Assembly (NCBI GenBank): GCA_000002435.2
Contig: CM018791.1
DNA: 64,000 nucleotides
Direction: 5' to 3' (one strand)
Source of the DNA: Giardia intestinalis
Lineage: Eukaryota
Positions 57,632-64,000 of this stretch are shown piece by piece (the stretch's first letter is position 1; every line of letters starts with the position of its first letter). The notes below the pieces were generated by a model. That model made no database searches. It was given only the letters and a program-made list of their open reading frames with translations, and had not been told where the DNA came from. Made by a program: the position numbers and the translations under genes.

Positions 57632-58915
57632 ATGTCTGTCTTCTCAGGGTTTCCTGCTTCCCCACCAGATGCTATCCTGAATCTCACGGTACTCTACAAC
57701 GCCGATACCAACCCGAAAAAGGTGAACCTGGGGGTTGGCGCGTATCGTGACGAGAGCGGTAAACCATGGATTCTGCCGGCCGTGAAGGAGGCAGAGGCCA
57801 TTATATCTTCCGATCTTTCGAAGTATAATAAGGAGTATCCTCCAGTCGCCGGATTTCCTCTGTTTCTGGAGGCCGCCCAGTTCCTGATGTTCGGCAAGGA
57901 CAGCAAGGCAGCCCAGGAGGGTCGCATTGCTAGCTGCCAGTCTCTCTCTGGCACCGGCTCTCTCCACATCGGGTTTGAGTTCCTGCACCTCTGGATGCCA
58001 AAGGCAGAGTTTTACATGCCGAGCACAACGTGGCCCAACCACTACGGAATATACGATAAGGTGTTCAACAAATTGAAGGTGCCATACAAGGAGTATACGT
58101 ATCTTCGTAAAGACGGAGAGCTTGAGATAGACTTTTCCAACACGAAGAAGGACATCCAGTCGGCTCCAGAGAAAAGCATATTCCTGTTCCACGCCTGTGC
58201 CCACAACCCGTCTGGGATCGACTTCACTGAGGCTCAGTGGAAGGAGCTCCTTCCGATCATGAAGGAGAAGAAGCACATTGCCTTTTTCGATTCAGCATAC
58301 CAGGGCTTTGCTACGGGCTCCTTTGAGGCCGACGCCTTCGCTGTGCGCATGTTTGTCGATGCGGGGGTAGAGGTCCTTGTCGCCCAGAGCTTCTCCAAGA
58401 ACTTCGGGCTCTATGGAGAGCGTATCGGCTGCCTACATGTTGTCCATGCAGGAGTGGAGGGGTCCGTCGAGAAGAACAAGGCGCTTTCTGCTGCTATGGT
58501 GAGTGGAATGACTCTCCAGATCCGTAAGACGTGGTCCATGTCTGCGATCCACGGGGCCTATATCGTCCAAGTCATCGTTCACGACAAGCGCCTTCTGCAG
58601 ATGTTTTATGACAATGTCAAGGAGATGAGTGCTCGCATTCACCGAATGCGTAGTCTCCTGCATGCCTCCCTTGCGAAGCGCAAGACTCCAGGCCCCGGTT
58701 CCAAAGGGACCTGGGACCATATACTGACAGCCATCGGCATGTTCACTTTCACCGGGCTCACCCCAGAGCACGTTGATTATCTGAAGGAGAAGTGGAGTAT
58801 CTATCTTGTGAAGGCAGGGGGACGCATGAGTATGTGCGGGCTCACTGAGTCTAATTGTGACTATGTGGCTGAGGCGATTCACGACGCCGTCACGAAGCTC
58901 CCGTTCAAGAAATGA
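57632..58915 (+). CDS. Aspartate aminotransferase (PLP-dependent, cytosolic type), 427 aa.
   Basis: Textbook AAT motifs are present: VNLGVGAYRDESGKPWILPAV and NPSGIDFT. The PLP-lysine region is SFSKNFGLYGERIG. ATG at 57632 after ggcttttttaaATG. The poly(A) signal AGTGAAC lies 10 nt after the stop. Confidence 0.95.
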   Translation: MSVFSGFPASPPDAILNLTVLYNADTNPKKVNLGVGAYRDESGKPWILPAVKEAEAIISSDLSKYNKEYPPVAGFPLFLEAAQFLMFGKDSKAAQEGRIASCQSLSGTGSLHIGFEFLHLWMPKAEFYMPSTTWPNHYGIYDKVFNKLKVPYKEYTYLRKDGELEIDFSNTKKDIQSAPEKSIFLFHACAHNPSGIDFTEAQWKELLPIMKEKKHIAFFDSAYQGFATGSFEADAFAVRMFVDAGVEVLVAQSFSKNFGLYGERIGCLHVVHAGVEGSVEKNKALSAAMVSGMTLQIRKTWSMSAIHGAYIVQVIVHDKRLLQMFYDNVKEMSARIHRMRSLLHASLAKRKTPGPGSKGTWDHILTAIGMFTFTGLTPEHVDYLKEKWSIYLVKAGGRMSMCGLTESNCDYVAEAIHDAVTKLPFKK

Positions 58916-58924
58916 GCGTCTAGT

Positions 58925-58931
58925 AGTGAAC
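58925..58931 (+). promoter_or_regulatory. Poly(A) signal AGTGAAC for the aminotransferase gene.
   Basis: Sequence ctagtAGTGAACgttt; matches AGTRAAY. Confidence 0.6.
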
Positions 58932-58933
58932 GT

Positions 58934-60772
58934 TTAGTTCTGTGACTTCTTTTTCTTTTTATAGACAACAGGGATTCCGCAGATCTGGTCTAGGCGCGGC
59001 TGATTGCTCGAGCTGTTTGTGTTGCTTGCTGCTGCTCTTTGATACAGCTCTAGACTTGCTTGGACAGACGTCTTTGAATTTGTGCCTGTATCAACGGGGA
59101 AGCGCATGGCACCAGAATCAATGGGCTGTTGTTGTTGCTGTTGCTTTTGGTTAGCTATCTCAGGGATTAATTTCTGAGTGTCTGCTGGCGTGGGAGTACC
59201 GTAGAACAGCCCGAGATCCTGAACCTGAACGAGGTCATTGCTATGCTCAGCATCCTTCCCATCTGTGGAGGGAGGTGCCTCAACAACCTCTGCAGGATGC
59301 ACTTTTTTCTTCTTTGCAGGTTTATGCACAATGCCAAGTCGTTCATGGGTGCGCTGAAGAAGTTCTGCACGAGAAAGCGGTGTAGGCGTGGTGGTATCAA
59401 AAACGGTAGAAATGGATGAAGAGCTATTCTGTGCATCTTTTTTCCTATTGAGAAACCGATCTAGTGTTGCCTGTATCGCGGTCGGGGGTGTGTTGTCATA
59501 TACATTTGCTTGTTCCTGCCTATAGTCCGGACCTGGAAGCGCCATTGAAGCAACAAGTACTGGTGAGTGGCTTGGCTCGGGCTTAGATATTGTGCTAAGT
59601 TGCTCCTTGTTCCGTTCTATTAATTCTATTGCAGGATCGTAGATTGACTGCGTGGATCCTGATGCAGGATTCAAAACTAATTGAGGGTCTGTCAGAGCTG
59701 CTGCCTGGTCCGTGTCTGGCTCACGCATCAAGCTTTCCAGTCTAGCCGTTTCTAGTGAGTTCTTTATTGCAAGCTTGGTGTGCATTTCAAAAATAGCATC
59801 CTCAGCAATAGCAGAAGCACGATTATTGTAATTGTTAGAATAATTGTTAAAGCGCCTTCTACCATCCAGATCTCCATTTTTAAGTCGATTATTAAGGCTA
59901 AACTGGGCCAAGCCGATCAAGCTGGTAACATCTCTCCGTTTTGGCTTACGCTGTCTCGTAGGATTAGAGCTAGTATCCGGAGCGGCCCCACAGAACAGAC
60001 GCATCTGTGTGTCTTCAAGTTCTCTTTGTGTAAAGAGCTCTGGGTGTGTGCTGACCTGGTGTGCAAGAAGCTCGTCCTTAGTACCAAACGCCACCATGAC
60101 AGTTTTGCAGGCAGGAGCTGTACAGACATAGTGATCATTGTGGTGATGCTCGATGAGATCATTGGCTGTCCTCCAGTATGAGTCGCTCACGCCATGCTCA
60201 CGGCAGATTTCGCAGCGGTGATGCTCTGTGAGTAGGTGATCTTTATATGAGTCATTGTCGTACTGCGGTCTTTTGCATAGAGGACACAAGGGGTGATGGG
60301 TCATATGTTTCCGCAGAGCATCTCGATTGTATGTCAGCTGATCACTCATAAAACTTGGCTTATTAGCTATGCAAACACGACAGTACTCTACTTCATGTTC
60401 TTTCCGCACATGCTCCTGTAGCTCATGCTTGTTAGTAGGGTGGTGACTGCATATTGGGCAAGGTGGTAGGTCGAGGAGATTGACTTCACTTATAACGTCA
60501 GCGGCAACTACGGCATGGTACCGCGATATGTAACGAGCCTCGAAGGCTTTATAACGGTGATCGTGACGTAGCTGCTCTTGGATTGCATCTAAACTCAGCG
60601 ATCCCTTCTTGTAAATGATAGCGTTTTTAATGACGTCTGAGCACAGAAGGCAGGCTTTCCGCCCACAAAGTACGCGGTTACGCAGGAAGCAGCTGTAGCA
60701 AACAGTGTGCAAGCAATTTGTAGTTGCTGCGACGGTAAACTCCTCGTAGCAAATACCGCACTCTTCAGTCAT
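58934..60772 (-). CDS. ZNF598/Hel2-like RING + C2H2 zinc-finger E3 ubiquitin ligase, 612 aa.
   Basis: ATG (cat) at 60770-60772 after tttttgttaaaATG. It has an N-terminal RING (CGICYEEF...CLHTVCYSCFLRNRVLCGRKACLLC) followed by spaced C2H2 fingers. HHPLCPLCKRPQYDNDSYKDHLLTEHHRCEICREH matches ZNF598 GHPLCKFCDERYLDNDELLKHLRRDHYFCHFCD (from memory). Confidence 0.7.
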   Translation of the reverse strand: MTEECGICYEEFTVAATTNCLHTVCYSCFLRNRVLCGRKACLLCSDVIKNAIIYKKGSLSLDAIQEQLRHDHRYKAFEARYISRYHAVVAADVISEVNLLDLPPCPICSHHPTNKHELQEHVRKEHEVEYCRVCIANKPSFMSDQLTYNRDALRKHMTHHPLCPLCKRPQYDNDSYKDHLLTEHHRCEICREHGVSDSYWRTANDLIEHHHNDHYVCTAPACKTVMVAFGTKDELLAHQVSTHPELFTQRELEDTQMRLFCGAAPDTSSNPTRQRKPKRRDVTSLIGLAQFSLNNRLKNGDLDGRRRFNNYSNNYNNRASAIAEDAIFEMHTKLAIKNSLETARLESLMREPDTDQAAALTDPQLVLNPASGSTQSIYDPAIELIERNKEQLSTISKPEPSHSPVLVASMALPGPDYRQEQANVYDNTPPTAIQATLDRFLNRKKDAQNSSSSISTVFDTTTPTPLSRAELLQRTHERLGIVHKPAKKKKVHPAEVVEAPPSTDGKDAEHSNDLVQVQDLGLFYGTPTPADTQKLIPEIANQKQQQQQQPIDSGAMRFPVDTGTNSKTSVQASLELYQRAAASNTNSSSNQPRLDQICGIPVVYKKKKKSQN

Positions 60773-60897
60773 TTTAACAAAAAGTCAGTCCAAGCATTAC
60801 ACTGGACAGGTGGCATGAAAATTGTAATAGGAAAATCTCGCGCGTGTTCCTTGGATAAGCTTGAATCTCAAAGGCCGGTTGCACAAAAATAAAGGCG

Positions 60898-61311
60898 ATG
60901 ACTGCCGGGCTACAGAGCACGATCCTTCGACTCTTAGTGTTTACTCCTCCGCAAGACTTGGACAAGCAAGCAACGCTCATATTCGACAAATCTCTTTCTG
61001 GTGAACCTTTAAAAGGTAGACCGGAAGCCATCCTAGCCATGGTTCAGGCTATGGCCCGGTGCTCCGAAAGCACTGAGACAGGTGATGAGAATGACTTTCG
61101 TGTTGTGATTCTTGGAGCCGGATCGTCTCCACAGACCTCTATGCTCTACAAGCGGACGGCCTCTATCATTGCTATCGCCGTCCTTACATACCCTCTCCAG
61201 CTAAGGCGCTACATCGAACTCTTCCTGAACAGCCTCGCTGTAGAACCCGTTGCTAACATAACAGACGAACGCGTCGACGAGCTGCTCAAAGACTCTTTTC
61301 CGCAACGGTAA
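60898..61311 (+). CDS. Small hypothetical protein, 137 aa.
   Basis: ATG at 60898 after AT-rich gcacaaaaataaaggcgATG. It fills the gap between neighbouring genes. No motif was recognised. Confidence 0.4.
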   Translation: MTAGLQSTILRLLVFTPPQDLDKQATLIFDKSLSGEPLKGRPEAILAMVQAMARCSESTETGDENDFRVVILGAGSSPQTSMLYKRTASIIAIAVLTYPLQLRRYIELFLNSLAVEPVANITDERVDELLKDSFPQR

Positions 61312-61361
61312 CACCGAGTCACTAGACGTGCAGCAAGGCACAAAATAGTTTACCCCCGATA

Positions 61362-62156
61362 TTAATAGTAAACCCCTGTAGGTGCACTTCCGGAATAGCT
61401 CCCGGACTCGCGGATGCAGTGCTTCAGTTCGCTTGTCCCGTCCAGGCGGAGAATCACCAGGTCTACTCCGCTTCCAGAGCCAAGGTCGTTGAAAACACCG
61501 GCTTCAACAGCTTTGCAGGCGCACTCTACGGCGTCATTCTCCTCCATGTCCGGCTTCCAGTGCTTTTCGAGCATGGACTGGGCTGCGAGGCGGCCAGACC
61601 CATCGGTCACGAAGGGCTGAGCAGTGATGGAGCCGTGGGCGTCGATGCTACATAGATGAGCCCCTTTATAATCAACTCCAGCGATAATCACGTATGCAGA
61701 GACGTAACCCATGTAGCGAAATAGATGATCCGAGATAAGCTTCACAGCGGATTGCACTAGGGGTTTCCTACCGGTCTTGTATGCATGGAGCCTAAGACTT
61801 GATGCGGCCATCCGCCCAACCGCAGCCGTGTCTGCAGCTGTGCCGGCACCAGCCATGTACATCTGTTCATTTATGCACACCAACTTCTTCTTGTTTTTAT
61901 TCATGACCACAGGTCCGCCTGTTGAACGAGTATCTGCGGCGAGGATGACACCACCTTTGAAGGTGAGGCCCATGATGGTCGTGCCCGTTTTTTTGAAGCT
62001 CTTTGAACACTCTGCAAGGAAGTCCTGAGGAAGCTGCGCGTTGCGCTTACAATTCTCAAACGACAGCGGGGCTACCTTTGTCAAATCGTCGATTGTCTGC
62101 AGCATTGGGCCTTTTACTTTTGACAAAAACTGCAATTTCATGCAAAATTGTGACAT
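61362..62156 (-). CDS. 20S proteasome beta subunit, beta2 (PSMB7/Pup1) type, about 265 aa including propeptide.
   Basis: The track start at 62216 is TTG. ATG candidates are at 62156, 62141 and 62105. 62156 was preferred because of the AT-rich tatttaatcgatATG context. The mature part TTIMGLTFKGGVILAADTRST...AGAGTAADT...LFRYMGY...GVFNDLGSGSGVDL closely parallels human beta2 ([21 protein letters not shown]...CGAGTAADT...LFRYQGY...GIFNDLGSGSNIDL, from memory). Confidence 0.85.
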   Translation of the reverse strand: MSQFCMKLQFLSKVKGPMLQTIDDLTKVAPLSFENCKRNAQLPQDFLAECSKSFKKTGTTIMGLTFKGGVILAADTRSTGGPVVMNKNKKKLVCINEQMYMAGAGTAADTAAVGRMAASSLRLHAYKTGRKPLVQSAVKLISDHLFRYMGYVSAYVIIAGVDYKGAHLCSIDAHGSITAQPFVTDGSGRLAAQSMLEKHWKPDMEENDAVECACKAVEAGVFNDLGSGSGVDLVILRLDGTSELKHCIRESGSYSGSAPTGVYY

Positions 62157-62172
62157 ATCGATTAAATAGGCG

Positions 62173-63876
62173 CTACTCGACATTGACAAGACTGCGGAGA
62201 GTCTCCAAGATGACAAGGTCGCCGTTGATAAGCTTAGACTCAGGGAAGTACTTGAAGTCCGACTCTAGGGGAAGATCTAGCAGCTTATCCACCTCCCCCC
62301 TATCAGATGCACAACCAATAGGTAGCTTCCGAGCCATTTTCATCAGGTTGTTGATATTTGCCTTAATACCCTCTATATCGAATTCGCTATCGTCAGGCTG
62401 ATAGAGATACGGATACTCCTGGGCTGAGTAATTTGAAAGAACAGATTCTATTCCCGCATCCGTCCTGCTTACAGGAATCTTAGAAGCATTCATCTTTGCC
62501 ACAAATGCAGACTCTAGGGCATCATATTCTGATCCAACTTTATCAGAAAGTTTGGACGAGGCGCGCTGGAGCACTTCTGAATAGAGCCCAGACTCGGCGT
62601 CTTGATCAGCTGCATCAATCCCAGTTATTTTTATTTTTCCTGGAATTGACGACAGATTGCCTGCGTTAGTACGAACCTTTGCAGGGCTTAGTAGTCCGCC
62701 CTGATAACTAATTAAATCGGGGATCCTCCGCTGTGGTGAAAAGGCCTTTCCTTGATGAAAAATAACAGAGTCAGCGCCCATCTGTTCGCCTGCGCATTGT
62801 ACACCGGGGACACCAATTGTGTTATCCAACGGTTCCTCCCCATCGTTACCTAAAGCTGAGATTGTGACATCAGTGAACTGAAGCGGCCGAGAGTTGGCTA
62901 CAATAGACCCACCTGCAGTGGAGCAAAGCTTGGAAAACTCGCCGTCTTGATACAGAGCTGTCCTGATGATGGACCTCACTGTCTCATTAATTCCAACATA
63001 GGGGGCGCATGGCTCTGTCCACACAGCCAAGACAATTTTGAGATCCTCTGCGGTAAACCCACTGCGAACCTGCGAGCAGACGCACTGTCCTCGTTCATCA
63101 TAGAATCCTTGCATGACAGTTCTTGAATCGACAGAGTAACGCACACCTATACCATACGCATAGTCTGAACTGAATGTGCCTATAAACACATCCCCGTTTG
63201 GAAAGATTACTCTCCCCAAGCCATGCCTTCTATCCGCATTCCACATGCCTTTGTATATGCATCCGAACGGAAACCTAGAAGACTTTATAGTGATCTTTTT
63301 GTACTGAGAAGGCCGAGACACTCCCTTTTTAACGTTTGATCTAAAGAGATCTGAGTGGACCACAATGTGCTTCTGCGCTAGCACATTGTTTACAACCTTG
63401 TCGAGTTGCTTGAGGTGCTCTTCTCGACTGAGTAGTAGATTACATGGCTGCAAGGTCTCAGGATAAAAGTGGCAGCCAAAGCCGCTTCGGAGGCCCTGGT
63501 GCCACATGCCCTCGTATCGTTCATTAGGGCTGTAGTAATACTTTCCGAAGTGATGACGCTCACCGCAGTCCCAATACCCTGCATACGTGAGTACAAGGGT
63601 TGGACAGGAGGCAGGATCGTCCGGGATGACCTTCTTGACACCCTTGCCGGGCCGCGGCTCAAGACAGGTGTAAAATTCCCCATATCCCTGAGGGAGGTTA
63701 AAGGCCCACTCACCTGTATAGCAGTCTCCGTTCGGATAGACATGAGTACCCTGTCCGTGGCGCAAGGAGTTGTACCATGTCCCCTTATATGCGGATCCAT
63801 CTGGTGAAAACACAGCACGCACGCTGGTCAAGTTCTTCATCGGGTCAATGTTTCCGGTGGAAAGAGAAGCCCGCAT
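62173..63876 (-). CDS. MORN-repeat-containing protein, about 567 aa.
   Basis: The track start at 63921 is GTG. The first ATG is at 63874-63876 (MRASLSTGN...). The N-terminal half has several MORN repeats (YKGTWYNSLRHGQGTHVYPNGDCYTGEW, YEGMWHQGLRSGFGCHFY, YKGMWNADRRHGLGRVIFPNGDVFIGTF). Confidence 0.7.
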   Translation of the reverse strand: MRASLSTGNIDPMKNLTSVRAVFSPDGSAYKGTWYNSLRHGQGTHVYPNGDCYTGEWAFNLPQGYGEFYTCLEPRPGKGVKKVIPDDPASCPTLVLTYAGYWDCGERHHFGKYYYSPNERYEGMWHQGLRSGFGCHFYPETLQPCNLLLSREEHLKQLDKVVNNVLAQKHIVVHSDLFRSNVKKGVSRPSQYKKITIKSSRFPFGCIYKGMWNADRRHGLGRVIFPNGDVFIGTFSSDYAYGIGVRYSVDSRTVMQGFYDERGQCVCSQVRSGFTAEDLKIVLAVWTEPCAPYVGINETVRSIIRTALYQDGEFSKLCSTAGGSIVANSRPLQFTDVTISALGNDGEEPLDNTIGVPGVQCAGEQMGADSVIFHQGKAFSPQRRIPDLISYQGGLLSPAKVRTNAGNLSSIPGKIKITGIDAADQDAESGLYSEVLQRASSKLSDKVGSEYDALESAFVAKMNASKIPVSRTDAGIESVLSNYSAQEYPYLYQPDDSEFDIEGIKANINNLMKMARKLPIGCASDRGEVDKLLDLPLESDFKYFPESKLINGDLVILETLRSLVNVE

Positions 63877-64000
63877 GCTCCCACCCACGCTGCGAAATAT
63901 CTGTTTTTGAAATTCCAACACTTCAAAGAGAAGAGATTTACAATCGTAGCGCTAATCTACTTCTTCTTAGACTTCTGCTCAGTAACAGGCTCTCCGCGCT

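Noticed and set aside
57644-58276. 210-aa antisense ORF within the aspartate aminotransferase gene.
   Set aside because: The sense strand encodes a textbook aminotransferase, and the antisense ORF has no features.
48589-63921. ORF-track start codons at 48589 (GTG), 51867 (GTG), 53109 (TTG), 62216 (TTG) and 63921 (GTG).
   Set aside because: The track evidently accepts non-ATG starts. Giardia uses ATG with very short 5' UTRs, so the gene starts were moved to the first plausible in-frame ATG (48616, 51768, 53169, 62156, 63876) and flagged as uncertain.
1-64000. CRISPR arrays, prokaryotic defence islands, rRNA genes, intact transposons.
   Set aside because: The sequence is eukaryotic (Giardia-type). 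No direct-repeat/spacer periodicity, no rRNA-like conserved blocks and no long RT/endonuclease ORF were seen.

Overview
This window looks like a Giardia intestinalis (lamblia)-type diplomonad genome. The diagnosis rests on four things: a complete variant-specific surface protein (VSP) gene ending in the invariant ...CRGKA tail; Giardia-type AGTRAAY poly(A) signals a few nucleotides after stop codons; short AT-rich initiator stretches directly against start codons; and very tight, intron-free gene packing with overlapping gene ends.

The window has three zones.

1. Positions 1..10016 form a roughly 10-kb palindrome. Two identical 4.16-kb arms (1..4160 and 5856..10016) each carry a full 633-aa VSP gene. 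The two genes are convergent (tail to tail), and their stops are 2.8 kb apart. Between the arms is a 1.7-kb unique spacer (4161..5855) that is GC-rich, strand-skewed and has no credible coding capacity. The left arm is cut by the window edge, so the repeat may be longer than shown.

2. Positions 10017..18181 are an 8.2-kb tract with no ORF above about 140 codons in any frame. That is highly atypical for this compact genome.

3. Positions 18182..64000 hold about 23 tightly packed genes on both strands. Those I recognise:
- a NOT2/3/5 NOT-box protein
- three RING E3 ligases (one MGRN1-like, one ZNF598/Hel2-like)
- a 1747-aa putative tethering-complex protein
- a 2183-aa PPIP5K/Vip1 inositol-pyrophosphate kinase with two tandem phosphatase-like domains
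- a PDK1-like kinase
- two ankyrin-repeat (Protein 21.1-type) proteins
- an alpha/beta hydrolase
- ribosomal protein L27e
- IFT57
- a TTLL tubulin-modifying enzyme
- WD40, kelch and MORN proteins
- a candidate Get2/CAML-like tail-anchored-protein receptor
- cytosolic aspartate aminotransferase
- proteasome beta2

No rRNA, tRNA, CRISPR or intact transposon was recognised.

The supplied ORF track uses GTG and TTG as starts for several ORFs (48589, 51867, 53109, 62216, 63921). I re-anchored those to the first plausible ATG.

The strongest candidate for a 'system' is the VSP palindrome. It could be a natural hairpin-RNA source for RNAi-based VSP silencing, or it could be an assembly foldback artefact. 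Both readings are stated below. Every functional call comes from motif recognition by eye; no database search was run.
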